From Dehalococcoidia bacterium (GTDB lineage Bacteria > Chloroflexota > Dehalococcoidia > GIF9 > UBA5629), in NCBI GenBank assembly GCA_034436215.1, contig DAOTVU010000040.1, positions 17,780 through 81,779 of the forward strand: a stretch of 64,000 nt of DNA, in the 5' to 3' direction. This document shows, piece after piece, positions 18,271 to 28,671 of this stretch. Under the pieces are notes generated by a model. The model did not search any database and had not been told where the DNA came from. It saw nothing but the letters and a program-made list of their open reading frames with translations. Both the position numbers and the translations under genes were made by a program. Position 1 is the stretch's first letter. Each line of letters opens with the position of its first letter.

Positions 18271-20559
18271 ATGGAAATTTATCGAAATCACCAATATTCT
18301 CCGGCTGATAGAGCGGAAGACCTTGTAAATCGTATGGATATAGATGAAAAGCTGGCTCAGTTGAGCGGCGTGTGGGCCATGCAGTTGCTCGATGAAAATG
18401 GATTTTCAGCGGATAAAGCCGGCAATTTGATTAAAAACGGCATCGGGCATATCTGCAGAGCTGGCGTTGGTACGGCACTGGATCCACCAGAACTGGTGGA
18501 TTACGTTAACGGCGTCCAGCGATTCCTTACTGAGGAAACCAGATTGGGCATACCTGCCATTATACATGAGGAGTGTTTAAGCGGCTTCGTATGTAAAGGT
18601 GCGACCATCTTTCCGCAGATAATTGGTCTGGCCAGCACCTGGGACAGACAGCTTATCACAGAGATAACCACGGTTATACGGAACCAGATGTTATCGGTAG
18701 GATTCAGAATGGGGCTTGCGCCTGTGCTGGATATCGCACGCGATCCGAGATTCGGAAGATTGGAAGAGACGTTTGGTGAGGACCCATTTTTGACTGCGGA
18801 GATGGGTATTGCCTATGTACGCGGACTACAGGGAGACGATATAAAAAATGGCGTACTGGCCACTCTAAAACATTTCGCAGGCTACAGCAAACCAGAAGGA
18901 GGGTTAAATCAGGCTCCGGCAGATATCCCTCCACGCATGTTAAGAGAAATTTATCTGTATCCGTTTGAAAGGGTTATTAAAGAAGCAGGCGCTCTATCGG
19001 TCATGAACTCTTACAATGAGATCGACGGGATACCATCTGCCGCTTCAGAAGAGTTGCTAACTCGAATTTTACGTGACAGTTGGTCTTTTTCAGGTATTGT
19101 CATATCTGACTATTATGCTGTATTGATGTTGAACACATTTCATCACATCGCCGACAGTCCTGATCAGGCAGGCTGGCTGGCGCTTAAGGCGGGAACAGAC
19201 CAGGAGTTGCCTGTTCCTGATTGCCTTAATGAGATATTTAAGGAAAAAGTACTGGCAGGGATTTATCCAATAGATGTCGTTGATCGAGCGGTAAAAAGGA
19301 TTCTTCAGTTAAAATTTATACTGGGCCTATTTGAAAATCCGTATATTTCATCCACCGTAGGGAAAAAGGTGTTTGATGTCCCCGAGCAACGGCAACTGGC
19401 GCGAAGAGCTGCCCGGGAATCGATAATTCTGCTTAAAAACGAAGGCGGCCTTTTGCCACTGAGCAAGAAAATCAAATGCCTGGCAGTTATCGGCCCTAAT
19501 GCGGACAATCCGAGAAACCAGCTTGGGGACTATACCTATGCTTCCCAAATTGGTTTGATGACCATGACAGCGCATTCTTTGCAATGCGAATTGATATCTG
19601 ACGGAATGTGTAATAGCGATACTATTACAGTGCCGGTCATAACAGTGCTGGAAGGTATAAAAAGCCATGTTTCCCATGAATGTGAGGTGAAGCATGCCAG
19701 GGGATGCGATATCAGCGGTGAAAACCGTGAGGGATTTGGCGAGGCCATCGAGGTCGCCAGGTCGGCGGATGCGGTTATATTCGTGGCTGGAGGCCGGTCA
19801 GGTCAGACAGTAGATTGTACCAGTGGCGAGATGCGTGATGCCGTCAGTCTGAATCTTCCGTCGATACAGAATGCTCTTTTAAAGGAAATCTATGACCTTG
19901 GCAAACCGGTAATACTGGTTATTATCAATGGGCGCCCGATTACACCCGCATGGTTAGCCGAAAAAATACCGGCCATTGTTTTAGCGTGGTTACCCGGTGA
20001 GGAAGGAGGTAATGCTGTAGCAGATATCATCTTCGGTGATTATAATCCGTGCGGTAGATTGACCGTAACTATCCCGCGTGATAGCGGCCAAATACCGATT
20101 TACTACGGTAGCAAGCCGTCCGGTGGCAAATCACAGTTCTGGGGCGATTATGTTGATTGTAAGGCCGGACCTTTATATGAATTTGGTTATGGCTTAAGTT
20201 ACACGAAATTTAAATACGATAATCTGCATATAGAGCCACAGCGCATTTCCGTTTCAGGCGAGACCGAGATAAGCTTGGATATAACCAACGTGGGAGATAA
20301 GCCGGGCGCTGACGTAGTGCAATTGTACGTAAATGACGTAACAGCCAGTGTTACAAGACCGGTAAAACAGCTAAAAGGCTTTGAACGTATTCAGCTTCAG
20401 CCGGGAGAAAAACATAACATTAAGTTTTATCTCAGAGCTGTTGATCTGGGTTTTTATAATCAGGAACTGCAATATGCCGTTGAACCGGGTATGTTCAAAG
20501 TTATGATAGGTCGCTCTTCTAATGATATTCAATTAGAAGGAAGCCTAGAGATCGATTGA
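18271..20559 (+). CDS. Glycoside hydrolase family 3 beta-glucosidase/beta-xylosidase
   Basis: GH3 N-terminal (beta/alpha)8 domain with GIVISDYYA (catalytic Asp region, cf. GFVISDW), an alpha/beta sandwich and a C-terminal Fn3-like domain. 762 aa. Confidence 0.85.
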   Translation: MEIYRNHQYSPADRAEDLVNRMDIDEKLAQLSGVWAMQLLDENGFSADKAGNLIKNGIGHICRAGVGTALDPPELVDYVNGVQRFLTEETRLGIPAIIHEECLSGFVCKGATIFPQIIGLASTWDRQLITEITTVIRNQMLSVGFRMGLAPVLDIARDPRFGRLEETFGEDPFLTAEMGIAYVRGLQGDDIKNGVLATLKHFAGYSKPEGGLNQAPADIPPRMLREIYLYPFERVIKEAGALSVMNSYNEIDGIPSAASEELLTRILRDSWSFSGIVISDYYAVLMLNTFHHIADSPDQAGWLALKAGTDQELPVPDCLNEIFKEKVLAGIYPIDVVDRAVKRILQLKFILGLFENPYISSTVGKKVFDVPEQRQLARRAARESIILLKNEGGLLPLSKKIKCLAVIGPNADNPRNQLGDYTYASQIGLMTMTAHSLQCELISDGMCNSDTITVPVITVLEGIKSHVSHECEVKHARGCDISGENREGFGEAIEVARSADAVIFVAGGRSGQTVDCTSGEMRDAVSLNLPSIQNALLKEIYDLGKPVILVIINGRPITPAWLAEKIPAIVLAWLPGEEGGNAVADIIFGDYNPCGRLTVTIPRDSGQIPIYYGSKPSGGKSQFWGDYVDCKAGPLYEFGYGLSYTKFKYDNLHIEPQRISVSGETEISLDITNVGDKPGADVVQLYVNDVTASVTRPVKQLKGFERIQLQPGEKHNIKFYLRAVDLGFYNQELQYAVEPGMFKVMIGRSSNDIQLEGSLEID

Positions 20560-20679
20560 ATTTGATGGCTATGCGAATATTCGATATTGTTTCTCGATCT
20601 AATTTGTCCTGAAGATAAGTATATTGTAGAATTGCCTGCAAATACGGTAAGTAAATTAACAGGCAAGGAGGATCAGATA

Positions 20680-21255
20680 ATGAAATCACCCTGGGGATGC
20701 TTGCTGGCAGCTATTGGTGCGATAGCCGTCATTGCCATAATTATAGTGGTTGCTCTGGTTGGCATATATAATTCCCTTGTAACAAAGTCACAGGCTATCG
20801 ATGCTCAGTGGGCTCAGGTAGAAACACAGTACCAGAGGCGTTTTGATCTTATCCCCAATCTGGTAAATTCGGTAAAAGGTATGATGAAGCAGGAACAGAC
20901 GGTATTTCAGGCAATTGCGGATGCCAGGACAAAATATGGGGGAGCTAAGACGGTAGATGAAAAGGCTGCTGCTGCCGGAGAAGTGGAAACTGCTCTGGGC
21001 AGGTTGATAGCCATCATGGAAAATTATCCCGAATTGAAATCCAGTCAGAACGTCACCGGTCTGATGGATGAACTGGCAGGAACCGAAAACCGTATCAGCG
21101 TTGAACGGCGAAGATTTAACGACCTGGTAAGGGAGTATAATACCCAGATCAAGACCTTTCCCACCAACATGCTGGCAGGTATGTTTGGCTTCAGTGAGAG
21201 GGAATATTTCAAATCTGTTACCGGTGCCGATCTGGCTCCTAAGGTCGAATTTTAA
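20680..21255 (+). CDS. lemA: LemA family membrane protein
   Basis: The ORF opens at 20587, but AGGAGG sits 6 nt before ATG 20680 (MKSPWGCLLAAIGAIAV..., TM helix). It has the LemA-type coiled helical body (YNSLVTKSQAIDAQWAQVETQYQRR). Confidence 0.8.
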   Translation: MKSPWGCLLAAIGAIAVIAIIIVVALVGIYNSLVTKSQAIDAQWAQVETQYQRRFDLIPNLVNSVKGMMKQEQTVFQAIADARTKYGGAKTVDEKAAAAGEVETALGRLIAIMENYPELKSSQNVTGLMDELAGTENRISVERRRFNDLVREYNTQIKTFPTNMLAGMFGFSEREYFKSVTGADLAPKVEF

Positions 21256-22151
21256 TGAGAAGGCTTTTTATTGCATATCTTGCATTATTAACGCTATCGA
21301 TATCAGCCACACCCGCTCTGGTGATGGCCCAGTCTTATCCACAGCCACAGGGTTTTGTCAACGATTTCGCTAATCTGTTATCTGTGGATGCAAGAATGCA
21401 ACTTGAAGACCGGCTGAGCAAACTGGAAAAAGATACAGGAGCTGAAGTGGCTGTTGTTACTATTAAGAGCCTGGAAGGCGATACGATAGAGGATTACGCC
21501 GTCAGGCTTTTTGAAAAATGGGGCATCGGAAAAAAAGATAAAAATAACGGCGTTCTTTTTCTGGTTGCTTTAGATGACCGCAAAATGAGGATTGAGGTGG
21601 GTTACGGGCTCGAACCGATTATAACCGATGGCAGGGCCGGGCGCATCCGTGATGATGAGATACTTCCCAGATTCAAGCATAATGACTATGAAGGCGGCAT
21701 AGTTGCCGGTGTGGCTGCTATTGAAAAATATATCCGCGAGGGTATTCCACCAGCTCCACTTGAGGAAAATCCGGTCAAATCGATATTTGGCGGCTTCGAA
21801 GTGGCATTTTTTGTACTTACATTTATTACGATTTATCTTTTTGGATTTATGGCACGCAGCAAGAGCATCTGGTTAGGGGGTATATGGGGCACGATTTCTG
21901 GTATTATCCTCGGGCTGACCATAGGCGGCATAGTTGCCCTGATCATAATGCCTATCCTGTTCATGGGAATCGGATTGCTTACAGATTTCATTCTTTCTCG
22001 AAATTATCAAAAACTGGTTGCGGCAGGTAAGCCAACACACTGGCATAAAACTTGGGGTGGTTTCTGGAGTGGTGGAGGAGGTTCAGGTGGTGGTTTTGGA
22101 GGCTTTGGAGGCGGTATGTCGGGTGGGGGTGGAGCCAGCGGCAGCTGGTAA
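21255..22151 (+). CDS. TPM-domain (YgcG-like) membrane protein with Gly-rich C-terminal tail
   Basis: ATGA start/stop overlap with lemA. Signal peptide, then the TPM fold (VAVVTIKSLEGDTIEDYAVRLFEKWGIGKKDKNNGVLFLVA), TM helices and a tail GGFWSGGGGSGGGFGGFGGGMSGGGGASGSW. Confidence 0.75.
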   Translation: MRRLFIAYLALLTLSISATPALVMAQSYPQPQGFVNDFANLLSVDARMQLEDRLSKLEKDTGAEVAVVTIKSLEGDTIEDYAVRLFEKWGIGKKDKNNGVLFLVALDDRKMRIEVGYGLEPIITDGRAGRIRDDEILPRFKHNDYEGGIVAGVAAIEKYIREGIPPAPLEENPVKSIFGGFEVAFFVLTFITIYLFGFMARSKSIWLGGIWGTISGIILGLTIGGIVALIIMPILFMGIGLLTDFILSRNYQKLVAAGKPTHWHKTWGGFWSGGGGSGGGFGGFGGGMSGGGGASGSW

Positions 22152-22312
22152 AACAGCATATTTCCTCCTTTGAAATTCTCGTTATTGCTATATTATTATT
22201 TATCACACGTATGCGTGATATATGTGAGATCCTTAATATCGGTTATAATTAATTTATATATGTACTCAAATATCGTACAGACTAAAATAAGATTATTTTT
22301 GAGGTTTGTCGT

Positions 22313-22951
22313 ATGTCCGAAGAACTTGGTAGAGTGGAAAAACCCGAAGTAAGCAGCTTTAAACACAGCAGAAAGATATTACAGGTGCCCTTAATATATT
22401 CCGGTAAAGACTCACCGCCGGATTACATGGAGCTTTTCGAGAAATACTGGCAGCAGGCTGATGAGATGATCTCGAAGCTGGAAAACAGGCTTGGCAGTGT
22501 GACAGTTATCCTCCATGAATCGGTGACCCGGAGCGGTGATGATGGCCTAAATATAATTCGAGATCTAAATCCACGCAGTCTGGCAATATGTGAAACAAAA
22601 AGTAAGATGGGCGGCAGGCTTGTTTCATTTGAGGATCCTGGATTGCTGGCAGATGTTATGGACTGGGAGCAGTGTTTAATGATAGGATTTGTCAGTGAAA
22701 GAGTGGCCCGGAAAGTATATGAGTCTTTTAACGAGGCTTCCAGAGAGCGTTACCGGCATATCAGCAAGGCGATTGATGAAATATTAAAGGATGGTGATAT
22801 AGCTCTTCTTTTTATAAGAGAAGGACATCAGGTGCAATTCCCGCAGGATATCGATGTTTTTATGGTAGCTCCCCCAGCCCTTGATGAATTACACCGCTGG
22901 GCACGCGATCGCGCAATAAAGCGGGAGAAAACCGAAGTCAAATCCGAGTAA
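22313..22951 (+). CDS. Hypothetical protein (212 aa), no recognised domain
   Basis: Clean ORF with a plausible RBS and coding-like composition; no motif I can assign. Confidence 0.4.
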   Translation: MSEELGRVEKPEVSSFKHSRKILQVPLIYSGKDSPPDYMELFEKYWQQADEMISKLENRLGSVTVILHESVTRSGDDGLNIIRDLNPRSLAICETKSKMGGRLVSFEDPGLLADVMDWEQCLMIGFVSERVARKVYESFNEASRERYRHISKAIDEILKDGDIALLFIREGHQVQFPQDIDVFMVAPPALDELHRWARDRAIKREKTEVKSE

Positions 22952-22991
22952 CCTCCAATTTTTATATGCTTTTGCAGGGCTAAAAACAAGT

Positions 22992-23783
22992 TCAGAGAAG
23001 TCCCTTAACAAGGCCGCCGTCTACCTGAATTGTGGTACCCGTAATGTAACTTGATCTTTCCGAAGCCAGGAATATAGCTAGGTCGGCTACTTCTTCGGGT
23101 TTCCCACAGCGCTTCACGGGTATTGTGGTAGTAAGCTCTGCCAGGATTTTCTCGTATGCTTTATGCTGTTCCTCGGCTCTTTTCTTAATAATGGCTTGCA
23201 GTCGATCGGTAAGAACCCATCCGGGACAGATATTATTAACATTTATATTATAGGGAGCAAGCTCCTGGGATAGGGTTTTGGCCAATCCCAACACGGCGGC
23301 TCTTATGGAATTAGAAAGGATCATGTTCTCCAACGGTTGCTTGGCAGCTATTGAAACCAGATTTACTATCCTGCCCCAACGCTGCTCTTTCATGATGGGT
23401 ATCACCTCACGACAGAGCCTTACCGTACTGAGCAGATTTAATATCATCGCATATTCCCAGTCCTGATCTGTAAAGCTGAGCGAAGGCCCGGTTGGTGGTC
23501 CACCGGCATTTGTGATAAGAATGTCGACCCACCCGAATCTATCTACAGCCGCGTTTACCAGATCTTTAACATCGTTAGCTTTGGTCAAGTCAGCGACAAC
23601 TGGTAGGATTTTAACCTGATAGCTGTTTTCTATTTCATTTGCCGTGTTGATAAGTCCTGCTTCGTTACGGGCGCAGATAACCAGGTTAACGCCCTCTTTA
23701 GCAAGACCAATGGCTACTGCTCTGCCAATGCCCCTGCTGGCTGCCGAAACTATAGCTGTTTTTCCAGCAATACCTAAATTCAT
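22992..23783 (-). CDS. Short-chain dehydrogenase/reductase (SDR family oxidoreductase, FabG-like)
   Basis: TGASRGIGRA-type N-terminus (VSAASRGIGRAVA), NAG motif (ITNAGG) and catalytic tetrad region. Confidence 0.85.
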   Translation of the reverse strand: MNLGIAGKTAIVSAASRGIGRAVAIGLAKEGVNLVICARNEAGLINTANEIENSYQVKILPVVADLTKANDVKDLVNAAVDRFGWVDILITNAGGPPTGPSLSFTDQDWEYAMILNLLSTVRLCREVIPIMKEQRWGRIVNLVSIAAKQPLENMILSNSIRAAVLGLAKTLSQELAPYNINVNNICPGWVLTDRLQAIIKKRAEEQHKAYEKILAELTTTIPVKRCGKPEEVADLAIFLASERSSYITGTTIQVDGGLVKGLL

Positions 23784-23834
23784 GGTTTTATATTATACGA
23801 TAGTCTCTGATATATAAGCAGATCATCTCAAAGA

Positions 23835-24740
23835 TTATGCGTGTGTAGCCCTGTGAAGGCACTGCTTCCAGCGAGTATTTACCCATTCCTGTAATTCATC
23901 AATCTGCTCTTCGGTAATGGTTTTAAATCTACCCTGCTGTAAAAAATATTCACGCAGCGGTCGAAGAGGGGTTCCTTTGCTGGCCATCGATTCACTGGCA
24001 GATGTTAACCTGAAGATGTTATCTTCGATCTCATACAGGATTACCAGACCGGTCTCGACAGCCAATTCGCCGATTTTAATGGTATCGCTGAAGGGAAACA
24101 ACCAGCCCGGAGGACAGGGAGTATGTACATGGATGAATCTGGTACCTTCGATGGTTCTGGCCTTTTTAACTTTTTCATAGAGATCAAGCGGGTAGGAAGC
24201 AGAGCAGGTAGCCACATAAGGTACCCCGTGGGCTTCCATGATAGCGGTCATATCTTTTTGATACTGCTGTTTACCCAGTAGAGGAGTGGTACCGGATACA
24301 GCACCCAAAGGGGTCGATCCGGATCGCTGGTTACCCGTATTCATATAGCCCTCGTTATCATAGCAAACATAGATGAAATCCATCTGCCTTTCTGCGGCGC
24401 CGCTGAGGGACTGAATGCCTATATCATGTGTTCCACCATCACCGGCAAATGCCAGAACCGTCAGGCCTTTTCTTCCCAGTGCCTTCAGACCTGCCACCAA
24501 TCCAGTGGCCGATGCACCGGTAGAAGCAAATGGGGTATTTACACATGGCACATTTACAGCAGTGATGGGATACATGCCGTGCAGAACGGTTGCACAACTG
24601 GCGGGCACGGTCACAATACACTGGCCTTCAAGTGCCTTGAGAATATGTCGATAAGCCAGCGAGAGAGCACAGCCGGGACAGGTACGGTTGCCCGGAAGAA
24701 TCCACTCTTTATCGGTTAAAGTAACCGCATTAGCTTTCAA
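23835..24740 (-). CDS. porB: 2-oxoacid:ferredoxin oxidoreductase beta subunit (TPP-binding; PorB/VorB-type)
   Basis: TPP-binding GDG motif (FAGDGGTHDIG). Last gene of a 4-gene por-type operon. Confidence 0.85.
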   Translation of the reverse strand: MKANAVTLTDKEWILPGNRTCPGCALSLAYRHILKALEGQCIVTVPASCATVLHGMYPITAVNVPCVNTPFASTGASATGLVAGLKALGRKGLTVLAFAGDGGTHDIGIQSLSGAAERQMDFIYVCYDNEGYMNTGNQRSGSTPLGAVSGTTPLLGKQQYQKDMTAIMEAHGVPYVATCSASYPLDLYEKVKKARTIEGTRFIHVHTPCPPGWLFPFSDTIKIGELAVETGLVILYEIEDNIFRLTSASESMASKGTPLRPLREYFLQQGRFKTITEEQIDELQEWVNTRWKQCLHRATHA

Positions 24741-24752
24741 ATTGTATTCTCC

Positions 24753-25973
24753 TCAAATCCTGCAAATCCATTCGGGATAATCGGGATTAATTACCGTTTC
24801 TTTAAGAGAGGCAATAGCCCGTTTGGTGGCTTCAACTAGTTCCCGTGCTTTAACATCCCGTCCACCCAGACCAACTATGAAATTCCTGACGGCAGCATTG
24901 ATATAAGTGCCATACAATGCTGATTTGATCTCTGAGCAGGTTGCGCCTTCTGAACCATAGCTGATATTTTTATCAAATACCACTATGAGTTTGGACTTGC
25001 GTAGAGCTCTGACGACATCTGCCTTGGGAAATGGGCGGAAAACCCTTAAACCAAGCACACCTACATTAAATCCCTGTTCTCTTAACATGTCGGCAGCAAC
25101 GATGGCTTCCATGGCAAGACTGCCCATTGCGACAATGGTTATTTCGGCATCTTCATTGCGGTCCTCCCAGAATAGCCTGGAATAATCACGGCCGAAAACC
25201 CGATTAAATTCATCGCCCGCTTCTATTATAGTTTTAGGACAGTCCTGCAGTGCTTCCTGCAAAAGATAACGCAATTCCATATAGCCATGGCATAGTTTCC
25301 CATCTACACCAACTCGTGGATTTGCCAGTGTCACCAGGTTATAGTTTTTGGGATTTGCCGGATCCAGAATGGTATGGGGTTTATATGGCAGTAGATATTT
25401 ATCAACATCCTCCTGATCGGGTACGTCCACCGGCATTTCAGTATGGGAGAGTATGTAGCCATCATAACAAATCATAACCGGTACGTAGACCTGTTCTGCT
25501 ATCCGATAGGCCTGGATAACCGAATCCATGACTTCTTGATTATTTCGACAGTATATCTGTATCCATCCTGTATCACGCTGGGAAATCGAATCCTGCTGAT
25601 CGTTCAATACATTCCAGGGCGCACCTATGGCTCGATTTACGCATGCCATGACTATTGGCAGTCTGGCACCTGCTGCCCAGTGAAGCATTTCATGCATATA
25701 GGCAAGTCCATGCGAACTGGTTGCGGTAAACGTCCTTGCTCCCACCAGCGATGCTGATGTGCATACTGCCATTGCGCTGTGTTCACTTTCTACGGCCACA
25801 TATTCTGCCTTTAGCTCTCCGTCTTCTACAAAGAGCGATAGTTGTTCAGTCAGAGGAGTCTGTGGGGTAATTGGATATGCAGCTATTACCTGCACTCGGC
25901 TCAACTTGGCCGCAATGGCCGCCGCCTGATTGCCATCTATAATTTGGATATTTGATTTTCTCGGTACTGCCAT
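24753..25973 (-). CDS. porA: 2-oxoacid:ferredoxin oxidoreductase alpha subunit (PorA/VorA-type)
   Basis: 406 aa. Pyruvate-flavodoxin/ferredoxin oxidoreductase domain I/II-like sequence; sits immediately after porD. Confidence 0.85.
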   Translation of the reverse strand: MAVPRKSNIQIIDGNQAAAIAAKLSRVQVIAAYPITPQTPLTEQLSLFVEDGELKAEYVAVESEHSAMAVCTSASLVGARTFTATSSHGLAYMHEMLHWAAGARLPIVMACVNRAIGAPWNVLNDQQDSISQRDTGWIQIYCRNNQEVMDSVIQAYRIAEQVYVPVMICYDGYILSHTEMPVDVPDQEDVDKYLLPYKPHTILDPANPKNYNLVTLANPRVGVDGKLCHGYMELRYLLQEALQDCPKTIIEAGDEFNRVFGRDYSRLFWEDRNEDAEITIVAMGSLAMEAIVAADMLREQGFNVGVLGLRVFRPFPKADVVRALRKSKLIVVFDKNISYGSEGATCSEIKSALYGTYINAAVRNFIVGLGGRDVKARELVEATKRAIASLKETVINPDYPEWICRI

Positions 25974-25975
25974 AG

Positions 25976-26278
25976 CTATGTGCCAGCCACACTTTTATTT
26001 TCAGACACCATATTTATTGCCTGTACCGGGCATACCTGTGAGCAGATTCCACATCCCTTGCAATACACAAGATTGATAAAGGGAGGAATGGCTTTAGTAA
26101 TCACAGCTTCCGGACAGTAAAGCCAGCAAAGGAAACAGGTAGGCTTGTTCAATCTCGTTGTTGTACACTTATCGGTATCGATAACCGGTTTATGCGTTCT
26201 CCACTCACCGGTAATCCCTGCTTCGCCGATGCCGGGCGATGACTCATCACATATATGATTGCATTCTCTTGTCCCCAT
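25976..26278 (-). CDS. porD: 2-oxoacid:ferredoxin oxidoreductase delta subunit (2x[4Fe-4S] ferredoxin)
   Basis: Two Cys clusters (CxxCxxCxxxCP) in 100 aa. Confidence 0.8.
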   Translation of the reverse strand: MGTRECNHICDESSPGIGEAGITGEWRTHKPVIDTDKCTTTRLNKPTCFLCWLYCPEAVITKAIPPFINLVYCKGCGICSQVCPVQAINMVSENKSVAGT

Positions 26279-26288
26279 TTACCGGTTC

Positions 26289-26879
26289 CTATTTGCCGAT
26301 TCTTGTTGTCTCATATGTTTTTATTATAGCAGTAATATTCCTCTCAACGCTGTTCCTGGAGAATCTTTCTCTCACTACCCTCTCCAGTGTAGATAAGTCA
26401 ACAATCTTGGTTGCTTTTACAAGTGCTCCAAGTATAGCTGTATTTACAACTACCAGCCCTGCCACTACTATACCCAGGTCTTCACATATCCTGGTAGCAT
26501 CCGCCGTAGCGATATTGAATTCTCCTTTTATCGGCAGATCCTTCGGTGGAAAGGGGGAATTAACAATCAACCAGCCGTTTTTAACAATATCTTTGGTGAC
26601 ATCCGGATAGGTAAGTAATGTATGGTCAAGTACCACAACGATATCGGGATTCTCAACCTGTGATACCACCAGCACCGGTTGATGGGAAATACGCGTGGAT
26701 GCGCTAACAGGTGCCCCCCTACGCTCGGCGCCAAAAGATGGTGCAGCCGTAACTCCTTTATACCCCTTCAAATATGCCGCCTGTGCAATAATCTTGGCAG
26801 CCGTTATAGCACCTTGTCCTCCCCTCCCATGCCATCTTATCTCAAGCGGGCGACTGTTCAGGGAAGTTTTCAGAGCCAT
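26289..26879 (-). CDS. porG: 2-oxoacid:ferredoxin oxidoreductase gamma subunit
   Basis: EIRWHGRGGQGAITAAKIIAQAA, the classic PorG/KorC N-terminus. Confidence 0.85.
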   Translation of the reverse strand: MALKTSLNSRPLEIRWHGRGGQGAITAAKIIAQAAYLKGYKGVTAAPSFGAERRGAPVSASTRISHQPVLVVSQVENPDIVVVLDHTLLTYPDVTKDIVKNGWLIVNSPFPPKDLPIKGEFNIATADATRICEDLGIVVAGLVVVNTAILGALVKATKIVDLSTLERVVRERFSRNSVERNITAIIKTYETTRIGK

Positions 26880-26974
26880 CTAATTATTTTTTCTCCAGGG
26901 TATTAATTGAGGCACCGAAGACATATATTAGCGCTGGTAATACATCGATGTCAAAAATATGGATATAAACAAGA

Positions 26975-27736
26975 TCAGCTAAATAATGCAAGTCGCTTGA
27001 GTTCACCTTCGTGAGCTGCCAGCCATTTACGATGTTTTTGCCAATCTGGACAATATTCGCCGACCAGCTTCCAGAATTTCGATGAGTGGTTCATATATCT
27101 TAAATGCGCCAGCTCATGGATAATGACGTAATCAATAACCTCATCGGGTGCAAACAGCAATTTCCAGTTCAAGGTCAGATTACCCGCCGCTGAACAGCTA
27201 CCCCAGCGTGTTTTCTGCCCTCGTATAAGTATTCTTCTGTAAGTGAGACCCATTTTTTCTTTATAAAAATTGGATTTACGGATGAAGATTTCATCCGCCT
27301 GTTGCCGGTACCATTTTTCCAGCATTCCCGCTATATTCGCGCTATTCCCATTAAGGTAGACGTATAAAATATCACCTTCACGTACAACACTGTCACGGTG
27401 CTTACTGTCCCGGATGGGAATAAGCCTGAGAGTCCGTCCCATAAAAAATACTCGGTTCTCTCCGGCCGGGTAATTATTAAAAAGCGGTAATTGCACCGGT
27501 TTATTATCGGGCATATGTCGTAATATCCAATCAGCCTTCTGTAAAAGGACTTCTCTGATTTTTTGTTCTGTATAATTTTGAGGGACTACAATAGTGAGTC
27601 CGGATTCAGAGCGTATTTCCAATCGGATGCCCCTTATATTAGGACTCAGTTTAACCAAATAATTTATCGATTTTCCGTAAAGATTTATATTCCTTTCTCC
27701 AAGCAATATCAGGCGTCCGTTTTTTCTTAACTTCAT
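26975..27736 (-). CDS. YgjP-like zinc metallohydrolase (DUF45 / M48-related, HExxH)
   Basis: HELAHLRYMNHSSKFW motif near the C-terminus. 253 aa. Confidence 0.65.
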   Translation of the reverse strand: MKLRKNGRLILLGERNINLYGKSINYLVKLSPNIRGIRLEIRSESGLTIVVPQNYTEQKIREVLLQKADWILRHMPDNKPVQLPLFNNYPAGENRVFFMGRTLRLIPIRDSKHRDSVVREGDILYVYLNGNSANIAGMLEKWYRQQADEIFIRKSNFYKEKMGLTYRRILIRGQKTRWGSCSAAGNLTLNWKLLFAPDEVIDYVIIHELAHLRYMNHSSKFWKLVGEYCPDWQKHRKWLAAHEGELKRLALFS

Positions 27737-27857
27737 GGTCTAATTTTAGCTTTGTTTTCTTTGTATTTCCATGTCACTCCGGTTTTTGCCACGAAATTTT
27801 GTTTGGCGTAAACTTCTGTGAAAACCGCCGATATTATCGCGGGAGGTCGAAACCAAT

Positions 27858-28553
27858 ATGAAATGTTTTATCCTTGCCAGCGGTTTTGGCACAAGGTTAT
27901 ATCCGCTGACTTTAACCTGTGCAAAACCTTTACTTCCTTATCGCGGTAAGCCCATGATTAACCACATTGTTGATAAAATCCCTGAAAATATGGAAATACT
28001 GGTAAATATCAACAAGAAGTTTGAGATGGCCTTTTATTCTTGGCAAAAAGAACAGAAACGACCCATCACCCTTTGCGTCGAAAATGTATATACGGATAGA
28101 GAGAAATTGGGTGCAATAGGCGCGCTGAATTACTGGATAAAAAACAAAAATATTTCGGAAGATCTATTGCTTTTCGGCAGTGATAATTATTTCGAATTCT
28201 GCCTGAACAAGTTTATGTCGGCGTATAACGGTCATAATTTGCTGGTAGCAGTACATGATATCGGCGACCCCTCCAGGGCAACCCAGTACGGCGTGGTGAA
28301 ATTATCTGAAAATAAGATCATCGAAATAGAAGAAAAACCTCTAAAACCACGGTCTAGTCTTGTTGCGACTGCGTGTTGGATACTCCCGGCCCGAATATTT
28401 CCCATAATCAGTGATTTCTGTCAGGATGTAAACAGGGATAATCTCGGGCATTTCATTGCTCACCTAATCAAGCAGGATGAAGTCTATGCCTATCTATTTA
28501 CAGAGACATGGATAGATATAGGCAGCCTTGAGACATATTATGCAACCAGATGA
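27858..28553 (+). CDS. Sugar-phosphate nucleotidyltransferase (NTP_transferase family, short form)
   Basis: N-terminal LASGFGTRLYPLT (the G-x-G-T-R-L-x-P-L-T signature). Confidence 0.7.
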   Translation: MKCFILASGFGTRLYPLTLTCAKPLLPYRGKPMINHIVDKIPENMEILVNINKKFEMAFYSWQKEQKRPITLCVENVYTDREKLGAIGALNYWIKNKNISEDLLLFGSDNYFEFCLNKFMSAYNGHNLLVAVHDIGDPSRATQYGVVKLSENKIIEIEEKPLKPRSSLVATACWILPARIFPIISDFCQDVNRDNLGHFIAHLIKQDEVYAYLFTETWIDIGSLETYYATR

Positions 28554-28671
28554 CAATGGGTTGTGCTTTACATACAGCAGTGAATTTATAGAAGTGGAAG
28601 TTTTCATCATATTCGTAATCATACGGCGAGATAAAGTAAGATTAAATAAGAATCTATAAAAGGAGGCCAAA

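Noticed and set aside
22202-22220. Imperfect inverted repeat ATCACACGTATGCGTGATAT upstream of the 212-aa hypothetical gene
   Set aside because: Only the CACG/CGTG cores are truly complementary and the arms contain mismatches. It is too weak to call an operator without comparative data.
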